Positions 1-10,959 are shown, numbered from the stretch's first letter. The stretch is 64,000 nucleotides of DNA from an uncultured delta proteobacterium (GCA_963769935.1 CAVYNY010000009.1:224001-288000), one strand, 5' to 3'. Numbers and translations: made by a program. Notes: generated by a model from the sequence alone, not told the origin.

Positions 1-2247
1 GAAATTATCGGAAATGTCGAAAGTGCCGGGATAGGTGGCAATTTCGGTTTTCAACTCGGCAGCCGCCAGTTTGATTTGATCAAAATTCTGTCCACTGAGT
101 TGAATTTCAATCGGGTTTCCGGCCGGACCGCCCTCCAGGGTTGAAAAGGTCAACTTTTCGATTCCCGGAATTTCCCCGATCAGATCACGCCACTTGGCCA
201 GAATGGTATGGGTTGAGACGCCGGCGCGCTTCTCGGAAGAGGCAAGCTCCAACCATACCTGACCGACGTGACCGCCATATTCCGGCGGCTTCCAGTCTCG
301 CCGGGGAATGGCACCGACAATTGAAAATGTGTTTTTAACCAGTCGGCCGTTTTTTTTTGAAAAGTCAGAGAAAACCGAATTGAGTTCAAAAGATTTTTTT
401 TCAAGAAGCTCGATGCTCTCTCCGGTTATTTTAAAGGGCGTTCCGAGCGGATAGACAACTTCCGCCACAATCCAATCGCTTTCGCCTTTCTGAAAAAAAA
501 CAAAAGGGACATATCCTGCGGCAACGACACCCAGACTGATAATCAGCACGCCGACGCCGATGGAGAAGGTAAAATATCTGTTTTTTACCACATATCTGAT
601 CGCCGGTGAATACAGCCGGTCAATCACGGTATTCAATCCCCGCTCTACTTTCTCGCGCAGGCGTTCGTGCCAGGAGGTCAACCCGCCGGATTTATTTTCC
701 GAATGCGTCAGGGCATGGTGCAGATGAGACGGCAGGATGACAAGAGCCTCTCCCAGGGAAACGAGCAGGATAATAATCACAGCCAGGGGCATGACCGCAA
801 TAAATTTGCCCATGATGCCTGATATGAATAGCAGGGGCGCGAAGGCCACCACCGTCGTGGCGACGGCCATCACCACCGGTACGCCGACTTCTTTTAAGCC
901 GTCGATCACCGCCTGAGTCGGGGATTTGCCGCTGCTGTAATGCGAATAGACATTTTCTCCCACAATGATGGCATCGTCCACCACGATGCCGAGGGTCATG
1001 ATAAACCCAAACAGCGAGATCATATTTATTGTTTGGTCAAATCCGCTCAGCACCATGAACGCCGCCATAAAGGCAACTGGTATCCCGAAGGCCACCCAGA
1101 AGGCCAGACGCAAGTTCAGAAACAGGGCGAGGGTAATAAATACCAGGACAATACCCTGTAAACCGTTGCGCAGCATTAAATCAATGCGGTCTTCAACCAT
1201 GGTGGAGATATCGCCCCAGACGGCGACGTCAAGATCCTGCGGAAGCTTGTCTCGGTGAGTGGCTACATAATTGCGGGCAATATTTGCAATTTCAATGATA
1301 TCCTGCTCGCTGGTTCGACTCACCTGGACAATGGCGGCCGGCTTTCCGTTAAACCGCGTCTTGATGTCGAGATCTTCAAACCCATCGATGACCTTCGCAA
1401 CCTGCCCGAGCTCTACAACCGTTCCGTCATTCAAAGTAATCAGGGGAATCTTCTCAAACTCCCGGCCGGTGTAAAGCTGGCCCTTGGCTCTGATCAGAAT
1501 CTCACCCTGATCGGTTTTGATTGTGCCTCCCGGAAGATCGATGCTGCCGGCCCTCACCGCACTGACTACCTGATCGAAAGAAAGACCGTAGCGGCGAAGA
1601 TTTTCTTCCGAGACTTCAACTGATATTTCGTAGTCACGAACGCCGATCAGATCGATTTGGGTGATGGATTCCGGTTGTTTGAACCTGAAGCGGTTGAGGA
1701 GGGAGACAAATTTATCCTTAAATCCGCCCAGGCCTGTGTGCGAAACCGCCCTGGCATCCAGCAGGTCGTCGCGGATTTTTTCGGCAGCCTGACGCAAACG
1801 GTTTTCGGAAACGTCACCGAAAATCGCTACGGAAATGGTCGGGTCCTGGTTAAGAATCTCCGTCACCACCGGCTCTTCGGCCTCATCGGGAAAAGTGTCG
1901 ATGCGATCCACTTCCGATTTGATTTCATCCAGAATTTTTCTTACATCGGTTCCGGTTTCAAGTTCGGCGACGACGTCACCCTGCCCTTCCCGCGCGGTGG
2001 ATAAAAGACGCTTTATGCCTTCAATGCGCTGGATGGCTTCCTCGATCTTAATACAAATACCCTCTTCCACTTCTTCCGGACTCGAACCGGGATAAACAAC
2101 CGATACAACGATCATGTCCAGCGAAAACTGCGGGAACAATTCGCGCCGCATCTTCAATACCGTAAAGATCCCGGCCACGATAATAAATATCATGATCAGA
2201 TTCACGGTAACGTTGTTTCTAATACTCCATTTGCCGAGGGCATGCAT
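1..2247 (-). CDS. RND efflux transporter permease subunit (AcrB/AcrD/AcrF family), 3' end runs off the window
   Basis: Manual translation from ATG 2247 (MHALGKWSIRNNVTVNLIMIF...) gives RND motifs (REL-FPQFS, LGIVVDDAIIVGEN, TTVVAFAPL). Frame also checked open at 540-301. Absent from the ORF track because no stop lies inside the window. Confidence 0.93.
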   Translation of the reverse strand, partial: MHALGKWSIRNNVTVNLIMIFIIVAGIFTVLKMRRELFPQFSLDMIVVSVVYPGSSPEEVEEGICIKIEEAIQRIEGIKRLLSTAREGQGDVVAELETGTDVRKILDEIKSEVDRIDTFPDEAEEPVVTEILNQDPTISVAIFGDVSENRLRQAAEKIRDDLLDARAVSHTGLGGFKDKFVSLLNRFRFKQPESITQIDLIGVRDYEISVEVSEENLRRYGLSFDQVVSAVRAGSIDLPGGTIKTDQGEILIRAKGQLYTGREFEKIPLITLNDGTVVELGQVAKVIDGFEDLDIKTRFNGKPAAIVQVSRTSEQDIIEIANIARNYVATHRDKLPQDLDVAVWGDISTMVEDRIDLMLRNGLQGIVLVFITLALFLNLRLAFWVAFGIPVAFMAAFMVLSGFDQTINMISLFGFIMTLGIVVDDAIIVGENVYSHYSSGKSPTQAVIDGLKEVGVPVVMAVATTVVAFAPLLFISGIMGKFIAVMPLAVIIILLVSLGEALVILPSHLHHALTHSENKSGGLTSWHERLREKVERGLNTVIDRLYSPAIRYVVKNRYFTFSIGVGVLIISLGVVAAGYVPFVFFQKGESDWIVAEVVYPLGTPFKITGESIELLEKKSFELNSVFSDFSKKNGRLVKNTFSIVGAIPRRDWKPPEYGGHVGQVWLELASSEKRAGVSTHTILAKWRDLIGEIPGIEKLTFSTLEGGPAGNPIEIQLSGQNFDQIKLAAAELKTEIATYPGTFDISDNF

Positions 2248-2253
2248 CGCTTG

Positions 2254-3552
2254 TTATTCGTTGTTGGGGGTTAGGTATTGGTTAATGGTCTTCACTCTCA
2301 CACTCATCCCATCCACAGCTCCCGACAGCGGCGTATTTATAATCCGATCACCTTCTGATAATCCCTGATCTATGATCACGGTATCTTTATAGCTGCGCAG
2401 CACATTTATTTCTTTTATTTTCAGCTGATTGTCGGTAACGGTGTAAACTATATCTCCCGGATAAACCACATGCCGCGGCAGCACAAAGGCGTCTTTTATT
2501 TCTTTGCCTTTAAGCATTACGGTCACAAACATACCGGGTCTCAAGCGGAAAACACTGGTTTTTTGCCCGGCGGCATCGGCACCGTCGACCTCGATCACCA
2601 CCGGCAAGGTCCGGGTTCTCTCATCCATTTTGGCTTTTACACGGGATAGGCGGCCGCTCCAGATATGGTCCCGGCCGGAATTTTTAAAGACGACATCGGC
2701 TGCAATCGGCGTTGTTTCTCCCATGTCGGCGGGGAGCCATTTAAAATCCTTGGCCGGAATGTTCACCTCAATATCCATCTGTCCGAAGCGGTATATGCTG
2801 CCCAATTGCTGGCCTACATTAACATGCTGACCCACCTCGACTGTTTTTTCTAGAACCCAACCATCAAAGGGGGCCTCGATCATGGAGCGCTCGAGATCCA
2901 GTTGCGCCTGTCGATACATCACTTCAGCCATATCGCGCGCGGCAATCAGCTGTTCTCGCTGGGGTCCGATCAAAGCTATTTGATTTTCAAGTGTCTGAAG
3001 ACGCTCCAGGCTTGCCAGATAGGCCTGTTCGGTTTTATCCAGCTGGGACTGCGCTACGACCTTTTTGGCAACAAGGGCTTTCAAGCGCAAATATTCGTTA
3101 TCGGCCAGATCAAGGTCGGATTTGGCGATTTTAACCCTCGTATCAAGGTTGACGACTTCCTGATCCAGCCGCTTAATTTCCGCCTCGGACTGCTTGATCT
3201 GAACCCTGCGCCGTTCCACTTCCAGTTCATATGTTCTTGGGTCAATCCGGATCAGCCGGGTTCCCTTGTTAATAAAATTGCCCTCTTTAAATGCCGGATC
3301 GATTTCAACGATGGCTCCCTGAACCTGCGCCACCAGCTTAAGAGACTCCCGGGGCGCCACGGTGCCGAAAGACTCGATAACCATCGGTACGTCTTGGGCC
3401 TCAGCCGGGAAGACCTCCACCAGACGCCCTTTTTCAACCGGCACCCGTCTTTCCGCTTTAGGCCGCAAAATAACCAGGGTGGCCGCGATAACAAGGGCCG
3501 CCGCTAGTACAGCCAGAACCCGGAACGTTCGAAATATTGCACCTTTTTTCAT
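2254..3552 (-). CDS. RND efflux periplasmic adaptor (membrane fusion protein)
   Basis: N-terminal TM anchor, long coiled-coil hairpin, IEAPFDG and LRPGMFV motifs; directly upstream of the RND permease. Confidence 0.93.
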   Translation of the reverse strand: MKKGAIFRTFRVLAVLAAALVIAATLVILRPKAERRVPVEKGRLVEVFPAEAQDVPMVIESFGTVAPRESLKLVAQVQGAIVEIDPAFKEGNFINKGTRLIRIDPRTYELEVERRRVQIKQSEAEIKRLDQEVVNLDTRVKIAKSDLDLADNEYLRLKALVAKKVVAQSQLDKTEQAYLASLERLQTLENQIALIGPQREQLIAARDMAEVMYRQAQLDLERSMIEAPFDGWVLEKTVEVGQHVNVGQQLGSIYRFGQMDIEVNIPAKDFKWLPADMGETTPIAADVVFKNSGRDHIWSGRLSRVKAKMDERTRTLPVVIEVDGADAAGQKTSVFRLRPGMFVTVMLKGKEIKDAFVLPRHVVYPGDIVYTVTDNQLKIKEINVLRSYKDTVIIDQGLSEGDRIINTPLSGAVDGMSVRVKTINQYLTPNNE

Positions 3553-4070
3553 GCAGATTAATTCCCGCTAAATCTTGGACACGGATAATAATACGGTTCA
3601 TCCACTTGGAAGGCAACCGCCAATTTTTGTTTTTAAACCATATCAATCTGTTTTACAATTAAAATTTTCAGAAATGAAACTTTTCAGAAATCAATTGCAA
3701 AGAATCCCGGCCCAGCTTCCTGCCCGTAGGGTCTACAGCCCGGAGGGAGGGCCAACCTTTGACTTCACCCCTGCTTCCGGATAGAAGCGCCTACAGCTCG
3801 GAGAGACGGGTGGTGTTGGCAGTCAGAGAACCCATGGAATAGTGGAATGTCGATGATCCGCCTTTGGAGGGGTGGAAAAATGGAATATTGAATATAGCGG
3901 ATCAAAAGCAGATGATGGTCTGACTCCCTTTCAAAGTAAACAGCCGCCTGCTCCGGAGGGGAAACAGACGGCCGGTTCGTATCGTTTCATAAATCATATC
4001 ATGCTCAATGAGTGATCACGATGCATTCCAGTCAACCTGTAAACCAGTCAAATATGCAACGCGTCTTGAT

Positions 4071-5045
4071 CTATTTGCTATCCTGTATTTTTTCCGTCAG
4101 CACGGGAACAAATTCGAGCAAGTCCTGGACCACCCCCACATCGGCGACCTGAAAAATAGGGGCCTTCGGGTTTTTATTGACAGCCACGATAAAGGGGTTG
4201 CCCTTCAGACCGCCCAGATGCTGGAAGGAGCCGCTGATACCCAGCGCCAGATAAACCTTGGGTTTGACCGTCTTGCCGGAAGTTCCGACCTGCCGTGATT
4301 TCTCCAGCCATTTGGCATCCACAATCGGCCTTGAACAGGATACAACGGCACCCATGGCCCGGGCCAGCTCCTCGGCAATTTCAATATTATCCTGGTCCTC
4401 GATTCCTCGGCCGACTGAAACGAGAACATCCTCTTTGGTAATGTCGACATCACCGACTTCGGCGGCGACTATTTCAAGAAAACGCCGGCCGACGACAAGT
4501 TCGCCGACATCCGCCGACTTGTCCACCACCACGCCGCCGGCGGCACCGGCTTCATCCGGTTGAAATACACCCGGCCGAACATTGATCACCGCACCGGCCG
4601 ATATGTCACAGGTCGAATGCGTACTGACCTGCCCGCTGAATTCCTGCCGGACCACCTTGAGCCTGTCACCGTCCGCGCCCTCGAAAGCCACCACATCGGA
4701 TACGAAGACCGAATCCAGTTTAATCGAAAGCCCCGGGCCAAGATCCATACCAAAGGTATCATGGGCCAGGAGCAAAATGGCATCCGCAGGCAGAATGTTC
4801 ACCAGCAGTTTGCGTATGGCTTCGGCGTTGGGATAAGCCAGGGCTTCATTGCCGAATTTCCATACTTCTTTATAATTTGCCGCTACTTCATTGCAAACCG
4901 CATCGAGTTCGGATCCTGAACCGGTGACAATTGCCGTGACCGGTGCGTCCGGATAAATTTTCCCGGCCGCAACCACCAGCTCCCGGGCGGTATCATCGGC
5001 CTTGCCTGCTTTATGAGTAATATAAGCAAAAACCTGTCCGGCCAT
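4071..5045 (-). CDS. etfA: Electron transfer flavoprotein alpha subunit
   Basis: SVGRG, SRPIVD, QVGTSGKTVKPKVYLALGISGSFQH and NKNPKAPIF FAD-binding motifs. Confidence 0.97.
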   Translation of the reverse strand: MAGQVFAYITHKAGKADDTARELVVAAGKIYPDAPVTAIVTGSGSELDAVCNEVAANYKEVWKFGNEALAYPNAEAIRKLLVNILPADAILLLAHDTFGMDLGPGLSIKLDSVFVSDVVAFEGADGDRLKVVRQEFSGQVSTHSTCDISAGAVINVRPGVFQPDEAGAAGGVVVDKSADVGELVVGRRFLEIVAAEVGDVDITKEDVLVSVGRGIEDQDNIEIAEELARAMGAVVSCSRPIVDAKWLEKSRQVGTSGKTVKPKVYLALGISGSFQHLGGLKGNPFIVAVNKNPKAPIFQVADVGVVQDLLEFVPVLTEKIQDSK

Positions 5046-5836
5046 TATTTTATCCCTCCTTTGGCTTTTAAGAGTTCGATCAGCTTGTCGGCAATTTCTT
5101 CCAGGCTGCCTTCCAGTATTTCGGCACCCTCGCCGAGCTCGGGAACGAAATAGTCTACCCGCTGCACCCGGGCAGCGGCGGCTCCCACCGCATCAGCGCC
5201 CAGGCCAAGGTCGGAAGCCCCCCAGACGGGAATATCGACTGAGGCGACTTTGCGTATCCCGCGAATCCCGACATAACGCGGTTCATTAATACCGGTCTGA
5301 ATCGAGAGCACGCAGGGAAGGTCAATCTCGTTCATTTCCTGGTTGCCGCCCTCGATTTCGCGCCCGATCTTCAGCTTTTTATCATCCAGAACTTCAATGC
5401 GATTAACCACCGAGGCATAGGGTAGATCCAGCATGGCGGCCAACATTCCGCCGACCTGCCCGGCCCCGTCATCGGCCTGAGCACCGGTAAGGATCAAATC
5501 ATAGTTGCCCTTTTGGGCGGCCGCTTTGAGCATCGTGGCGGTCCCCTTGCCGTCCGCCCCCTCGAAGGCATCGTCGCTCAGCAGGAGCCCGTTGTTGGCA
5601 CCCATTGCCATTTCTCTTCTAACCACTTCTTCGGCTTCCTCATCGCCGACCGATACAACCGTCACTGATCCGCCCACTTTATCCACAATTTGAATGGCTT
5701 CTTCGACCGCATAATTGTCCCATTCGTTCACCGAATAAACGAGATCATCGCGCTCTATATCGCTGCCGGCGGCGGCAACTTCGATCTCGTTTTCGGCGGT
5801 ATCGGGAACTCTTTTGACACAGACCAGAATTTCCAT
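5045..5836 (-). CDS. etfB: Electron transfer flavoprotein beta subunit
   Basis: ILVCVKRVPD, NEWDNYAVEEA, GAQADDGAGQVG and NEPRY motifs; overlaps the etfA start. Confidence 0.97.
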   Translation of the reverse strand: MEILVCVKRVPDTAENEIEVAAAGSDIERDDLVYSVNEWDNYAVEEAIQIVDKVGGSVTVVSVGDEEAEEVVRREMAMGANNGLLLSDDAFEGADGKGTATMLKAAAQKGNYDLILTGAQADDGAGQVGGMLAAMLDLPYASVVNRIEVLDDKKLKIGREIEGGNQEMNEIDLPCVLSIQTGINEPRYVGIRGIRKVASVDIPVWGASDLGLGADAVGAAAARVQRVDYFVPELGEGAEILEGSLEEIADKLIELLKAKGGIK

Positions 5837-5876
5837 AACTTTCCCCCTAATTCATTTTATTAATTTTATTGAGATA

Positions 5877-7949
5877 CTATACCGTTACCAGATGCTCGGC
5901 AACAAGTTCACAAAGGTCAATGGCCTGCATTTCGCCCTCCAGGCCGGCGACTTTAATTGCATCTTCAATGTTCACCAGACAGAAGGGACAGGCGGTCACA
6001 ATCACATCGGCACCGGCCTTTTTGGCCATCTCAACCCGCAGCACTCCCATGCGCTGCTCTTCTTCGGGCTCATAAAACAGCATCAGGCCCCCGCCGCCGC
6101 AGCAAAAGGACCGATCCCGGCAGTTGCCCTCCATTTCGATTCGCTTTAATCCGGGGATGCTGTCAATCGCCGCCCGGGGCTCATCATAAAGGCTGTTGTG
6201 CCTTCCCAGATAGCAGGGATCGTGATAGACATAGGTCTTGCCGGCGTCTGCTACCTGCTTGAGGCGGATCTTCCCCGCATTCACATGGCGCACGATGGTC
6301 CGGCTGATATGCTCCACCGGCGGCAGGTCTTTATAGTCTTTTTTCAATGCATTATAGGCGTGCGGGTCGGCAGTGACAATGTTCTTGACGCCGGAGTTCA
6401 GAATCGCATCCGTATTCTGATTCTTTAAATTCTGGAAAAGCATTTCTTCGCCGAATCTTCGAACTTCGTGGCCGCTGTCTTTTTCGTCCTTGCCCAGAAT
6501 GCCGAAATCAATTCCGGCGGCGTTGAGTATCCGGGCGGTTGCCCGGGCGATTTCCTGCATGCGGTCATCATAAGAGGAGATGCTGTCCACAAAGTAAAGG
6601 GTATCGGCGGATTGGCCTTTTTCAAGTACTTTTACGGGACAGTCGGCGGCAATATCCTTGGCCCAGTCGGCCCGTTTGCGCTCCATTTTTCCCCAGGGAT
6701 TGCCGCGCTTTTCAAGCGCACCCAGCGGCTTCTGGAGTGACTGGGGCACCATGCCTTCATCCACCATGCCGCGCCTCAGATCCACCATTTTGTCGATGTA
6801 TTCAATTGCCAGCGGACACTCCTGCTCGCAGGCACCGCAGGTGGTGCAGGACCAGATCTCATCTTCACTGTAGATATCCCCGATCAGAGGCTTCGGCTCG
6901 CCGCCATTGCCGCCGATCCAGGGGTAGTGTTTAAACGCATAGTCGCGGCCTTTAATGGAAATAAACCGCGGTGAAAGGGGGCGGCCGGCGGCATTGGCCG
7001 GACAGCGGTCGGAGCATCTGCCGCAATCGGCGCAGGTGTAGAAATCCAGCATGTGCTTCCAGGTGAAATCCTCGAATACCTTCACGCCGAAGGATTCCAG
7101 ATCGTCCAGCTTTTCATCGTCAATCCCGTAGCGCACGGGTTTGACATTGCCGCGGTCAAGACGCATGAAAAATACATTGAAGATGGAAATAATCACATGG
7201 AAATGCTTGCCCATGGGCAAAAAGCACAGGAAAAAGAAAAAGGTGACTTCATGGATAAAGTAAGTCGTCGAATGCAACCTCTGCAGCGTTGCAAGCGAAG
7301 CCGTGCTGAAAAGGTGCTTGAAAACCCACACCAGCGTCAAAGGTGCCGTAAATTCGGCCTGCAGCCCTTTTTGAATTTGAGCCGCCGCCAGACTGGCTTC
7401 AAACATGCTTTCGCTTAAAACCAGGATCGCAATCAGGCCGAGCACCAAAAGGGCTTCCCACGTATGATCGTGTCCATAGCGGGGCGGCACGGCATAACGA
7501 GCCGGTTTTAAAATTCCCCGCCGAACGGCGGCAACGATAACGACTACCAGGACCCAGGTCGTCGCACAATCCTTTAAAACATTGTAAAATTCACCGAAGG
7601 CGCCGCTGAAGCCCGGCAAATGGAAACCATTCACAAAGCCGATGAACATCAGCTGGGTGGAACGGGCGCCGAGAATTAAAAAACCGGCAAAAAGAAGAAT
7701 ATGCACCACGCCGGCCGGCAGGTAGCGGGGGTGCCGCCATTGGGCCAGCCAAATTTTAAGGACCGACCGGATTCTTTCCGGGATCCGGTTGAAGCGGTCA
7801 TCCGGGGCGGCGCTTAGAAGCGGTGCAAGCCGTCGTGCCATAATATAGGCAAAGGTCCCGATGCCGATCAGCGGAATCAGGATATAAATTATATTGGCGG
7901 GAATACCAAAAATCGTGGCCGCAGCCGGCGAAATCAATACAGGTTCCAT
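5877..7949 (-). CDS. Membrane-bound Fe-S oxidoreductase (FadF/HdrF-like; putative ETF:menaquinone oxidoreductase)
   Basis: N-terminal TM region ending in KHFH, two CxxCxxCxxxCP motifs, C-terminal CCG domains (YHDPCYLGR, CCGGGG, TACPFC); lies between the acyl-CoA dehydrogenase and etfBA. Confidence 0.88.
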   Translation of the reverse strand: MEPVLISPAAATIFGIPANIIYILIPLIGIGTFAYIMARRLAPLLSAAPDDRFNRIPERIRSVLKIWLAQWRHPRYLPAGVVHILLFAGFLILGARSTQLMFIGFVNGFHLPGFSGAFGEFYNVLKDCATTWVLVVVIVAAVRRGILKPARYAVPPRYGHDHTWEALLVLGLIAILVLSESMFEASLAAAQIQKGLQAEFTAPLTLVWVFKHLFSTASLATLQRLHSTTYFIHEVTFFFFLCFLPMGKHFHVIISIFNVFFMRLDRGNVKPVRYGIDDEKLDDLESFGVKVFEDFTWKHMLDFYTCADCGRCSDRCPANAAGRPLSPRFISIKGRDYAFKHYPWIGGNGGEPKPLIGDIYSEDEIWSCTTCGACEQECPLAIEYIDKMVDLRRGMVDEGMVPQSLQKPLGALEKRGNPWGKMERKRADWAKDIAADCPVKVLEKGQSADTLYFVDSISSYDDRMQEIARATARILNAAGIDFGILGKDEKDSGHEVRRFGEEMLFQNLKNQNTDAILNSGVKNIVTADPHAYNALKKDYKDLPPVEHISRTIVRHVNAGKIRLKQVADAGKTYVYHDPCYLGRHNSLYDEPRAAIDSIPGLKRIEMEGNCRDRSFCCGGGGLMLFYEPEEEQRMGVLRVEMAKKAGADVIVTACPFCLVNIEDAIKVAGLEGEMQAIDLCELVAEHLVTV

Positions 7950-8114
7950 TTAATGATATCGATCTCCCTTTGATGAAATATTTGGTCAAACTAATCTCGA
8001 GCGCAAGTATCTTGCATATCATGAATAGGCCGTTCAGACAAGAGCCGTGTGTGACTGGCGATCAAATGCCGATATAATTGTCTGTCCGTACCTGAAATCA
8101 ACGGTCAGATAAAA

Positions 8115-8431
8115 AGCGCATAGCTCATAGCTGATAGCTGACACAAAGCAGCTGGATTGCTTGGAGGCTGGAAAGGTAAGAAGGTAGACAATGAATCTGC
8201 ATTTTTTATCGCAACCCGACTTCCACCACCCAAAAACCAAAATATAGTAATCCTATGTGCTCTGCTTGCTGTATTCTTCCTTCCGGCTCTCATTCCGCTT
8301 CCCAGCGTCCCAGCCTTTATCCTTTATCCTTTATCCTTTAACCTTTGTTCCTTTAACCTTTGTCCTCCTTTATCCTCAATTCAAACTCAATAAGCTTAAT
8401 AAACTATATCATCCAGCATCAAGCATCCAGT
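8115..8431. repeat. Intergenic cluster of 7/8/9-bp-period degenerate tandem repeats
   Basis: (AGCTSAT)n near 8120-8140; purine-rich 8-mers at 8150-8190 with pyrimidine-rich counterparts at 8275-8315; (CCTTTAW)n at 8314-8375; (ATCCAGC)-like units next to the stop at 8432. Confidence 0.8.
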
Positions 8432-10249
8432 CTATTTCCCCCCGAAGGCATCCTCCGAGATATCCACGGCGGCACTGTTGGTGGCCAGAATGGCATCCAT
8501 CTTGCCCAGTGTCACCGGCAGAATACAACTGGTAAAGAACTCGGTGCTTTTCAGCTGGCCCTCATAAAATGCCGCATCTTTTTTCTTGGCACCTTCATCC
8601 AGCCTTGCGGCGGCAATGGTGGCGCGCCACAGCAGCAGCCAGGCCAGGATCACATCCCCAGAGACCTCCATGAACGGATAGGCGTGCGCAAATGCGGCCA
8701 TTACCTTGGGCGACATAGCGGTTTTGCCCAGGTGCAGGGCAACTTCACCCAGTTTATTCAAGGCTGCCTCCACCTTGCCGGCAAAATCTTCAACCCGGGC
8801 ATTGGTCTTGCCGGCAGCGATGGTTTTCTGGATTTCACCCATCAGATCCATGATCGGTTTGCCCTTGTTCATACCGAGTTTGCGGCCCAGAAGATCCATA
8901 GCCTGGATGCCGTTGGTTCCCTCGTAAATGGGAGTGATCCGGCAGTCCCGCAGCAGCTGTTCCATGGGATATTCCTTGATATAGCCGTACCCGCCGAAAA
9001 TCTGAACACCCAGGTTGCAGACATCGAAGGCCCGGTCGGACACATAGCCTTTGGCCACCGGTATCAACAGATCGATGATACCCTGATATTTGGCTTTTTC
9101 CTCTTCGCTGTCCGTAACATGCAATTTATCTTCGCACATGCCGACATAATAGATCAGGCTGCGCATGCCTTCCACGTAAGATTTCATCGTCAGCAGCATC
9201 CGCCGGACATCCGGGTGCTGAATGATCGGAACCGAAGGCGCGCTTTTATCCATCATATTTAACAGATGCCGTCCCTGCACCCGCTGTCTGGCATAATTAA
9301 TCGCATGCATGTAGGCCGCACTGGCACAGGCAAAGGCCTGGATACCCACCAGCAGACGCGCCTCGTTCATCATCAGAAACATGGATCGCATCCCTTTGTT
9401 TTCTTCCCCCAGGAGCAGCCCCCGGCATTTCCCTTTGCTGCCCAGAGACATTGCGCAGGTGGCGTTGCCGTGAATTCCCATTTTCTCCTCGACTCCCGTG
9501 CAGACCACGTCGTTGGGCTCTCCCAGACTCCCGTCGTCGTTGACCCGGATCTTGGGCACGATAAACAGGGATATGCCCGAAGTGCCCTGCGGTGCACCTT
9601 CAATGCGCGCCAGTACCGGATGAATAATGTTTTCGGCCAGATCATGCTCGCCGGAGGAAATAAAAATCTTGCTGCCCGTGATCGAATAGCTCCCGTCATC
9701 ATTTTTAACCGCACTGGTCGTCAACGCCCCTACATCGGATCCCGCCTCAGGTTCGGTCAGCAGCATGGTGCCGGTCCATTCTCCGGTATACATTTTCTTC
9801 AAAAACAGCGCCTTCTGCGCCTCTGTTCCAAAAGCCTCGACCAGTTTGCCGGCCCCATGCGTCAACCCCGCATACATCATAAAAGCAAAATTCGCCCCGT
9901 TCATGTAGTCACTGGCCGCCAGGGCGACGGCCCGCGGCATACCCTGTCCGCCCCATTGCGGATCTTCGATCATGGCCAGCCATTCGCCTTCTTTGAACAG
10001 TTCCCAGGCCTTGTGGAAGGACTCGGGAACCGTCACGCTTCCGTTTTCAAAGTGCGCGCCCTCCCGGTCCCCTTCCGCCTGCGTGGGCAAAATCTCTTTG
10101 ACAGCCAGGTTGCGGGCTTCGGATACGATGAGATCTACGGTTTTTCTGTTGAATTCGGCAAACCTGTCATGCTTGCTCAATTCCTCGACCTGCAGCTGGT
10201 CGTAGAGGACAAAGTCAACATCCCTGCGATCTGCAATTTGCTGTGCCAT
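8432..10249 (-). CDS. Acyl-CoA dehydrogenase (long, ~600 aa type)
   Basis: GTMLLTEPEAGSDVG, ITGSKIFIS, EEKMGIHGNATC, QIFGGYGY and IYEGTNGIQAMDLLGRK motifs. Confidence 0.96.
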   Translation of the reverse strand: MAQQIADRRDVDFVLYDQLQVEELSKHDRFAEFNRKTVDLIVSEARNLAVKEILPTQAEGDREGAHFENGSVTVPESFHKAWELFKEGEWLAMIEDPQWGGQGMPRAVALAASDYMNGANFAFMMYAGLTHGAGKLVEAFGTEAQKALFLKKMYTGEWTGTMLLTEPEAGSDVGALTTSAVKNDDGSYSITGSKIFISSGEHDLAENIIHPVLARIEGAPQGTSGISLFIVPKIRVNDDGSLGEPNDVVCTGVEEKMGIHGNATCAMSLGSKGKCRGLLLGEENKGMRSMFLMMNEARLLVGIQAFACASAAYMHAINYARQRVQGRHLLNMMDKSAPSVPIIQHPDVRRMLLTMKSYVEGMRSLIYYVGMCEDKLHVTDSEEEKAKYQGIIDLLIPVAKGYVSDRAFDVCNLGVQIFGGYGYIKEYPMEQLLRDCRITPIYEGTNGIQAMDLLGRKLGMNKGKPIMDLMGEIQKTIAAGKTNARVEDFAGKVEAALNKLGEVALHLGKTAMSPKVMAAFAHAYPFMEVSGDVILAWLLLWRATIAAARLDEGAKKKDAAFYEGQLKSTEFFTSCILPVTLGKMDAILATNSAAVDISEDAFGGK

Positions 10250-10268
10250 TTTTTGTCTCTCCTTTTCT

Positions 10269-10904
10269 TTATGCTTTCTTTAACTCGGCGGTCCCGATGC
10301 CTCTAATAAAAAGATCAACCAGCGGATCCGCCATCGAAACCAGGTCATACTCTTTTTCCGAATGCAGCCAGGTGTTGATCACTTCATCGACAGCCCCCAG
10401 AATAAATCGCTTTACCAGACCGACATAGAGATCTTTGCGAATGCGGCCCTCCTGCTGACCCAATTCCACAATTTCCGATATCAGGTCCTGGTACATCTGG
10501 GACATCTCTCTGATCTGCGATTCGGCCAGGCGGCTGTTCTGGTGGGTTTCCACCTGATATACCACCGCCATGTCCCGGTCCCGCTGGAATTCCGTCAGAT
10601 GCCGCCGGATGAGGTTGCGCAGTTTGTTCAGGCTGGTGTCCGCTTTCCTGACCTCGGCCCGGAACCGATCAAATACCTGCTTGGTCCTGTAGCTGAAAAA
10701 TTGCACCAGAATGTCATCTTTATTTTTGAAGTAAAGATAGATGGTGCCGTCCGCCACACCGGCTTCTTTAGCGATCTGGGCGACGGTCGACTGATAAAAA
10801 CCCTGCCGGGCGAATACTTTTACCGCCGCTTCCAGAATGAGATGGTATTTGTTATTTTTGTTGTTTTTATTGATTTCGACCTCCCTACTCCCAGATGTCG
10901 GCAT
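10269..10904 (-). CDS. fadR: TetR-family regulator, FadR(YsiA)-like
   Basis: TetR HTH (ILEAAVKVFARQGFYQSTVAQIAKEAGVADGTIYLYFKNKDDIL); heads a beta-oxidation/ETF operon; matching operator lies upstream. Confidence 0.85.
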   Translation of the reverse strand: MPTSGSREVEINKNNKNNKYHLILEAAVKVFARQGFYQSTVAQIAKEAGVADGTIYLYFKNKDDILVQFFSYRTKQVFDRFRAEVRKADTSLNKLRNLIRRHLTEFQRDRDMAVVYQVETHQNSRLAESQIREMSQMYQDLISEIVELGQQEGRIRKDLYVGLVKRFILGAVDEVINTWLHSEKEYDLVSMADPLVDLFIRGIGTAELKKA

Positions 10905-10909
10905 TTACA

Positions 10910-10959
10910 ATTATGAATGAATGTTCATTCATAATACAAGGCCGTCCGATTCCTGTCAA
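10910..10959 (-). promoter_or_regulatory. Sigma-70 promoter overlapped by a FadR-type palindromic operator
   Basis: TTGACA (10959-10954), 17-nt spacer, TATTAT (10936-10931). Perfect 12-bp inverted repeat ATTATGAATGAA-TG-TTCATTCATAAT at 10910-10935. Confidence 0.85.

Noticed and set aside
3700..3900. Riboswitch or sRNA upstream of the RND operon
   Set aside because: It contains GC-rich hairpins and a duplicated CTACAGCYCGGAG motif, but matches no RNA family I recognise and looks like further intergenic repeat material.
8051..8060. GTGACTGGCG matches the 5' motif of a ZTP riboswitch
   Set aside because: Wrong strand for the neighbouring genes and no downstream CGCCUGGGC element.
8360..10306. 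Long antisense or alternative-frame ORFs (e.g. 8360..9262, 9266..10306, 36857..37984, 40045..41016, 54263..55117)
   Set aside because: They overlap well-supported genes, show no recognisable motifs and are expected shadows in GC-rich coding DNA.
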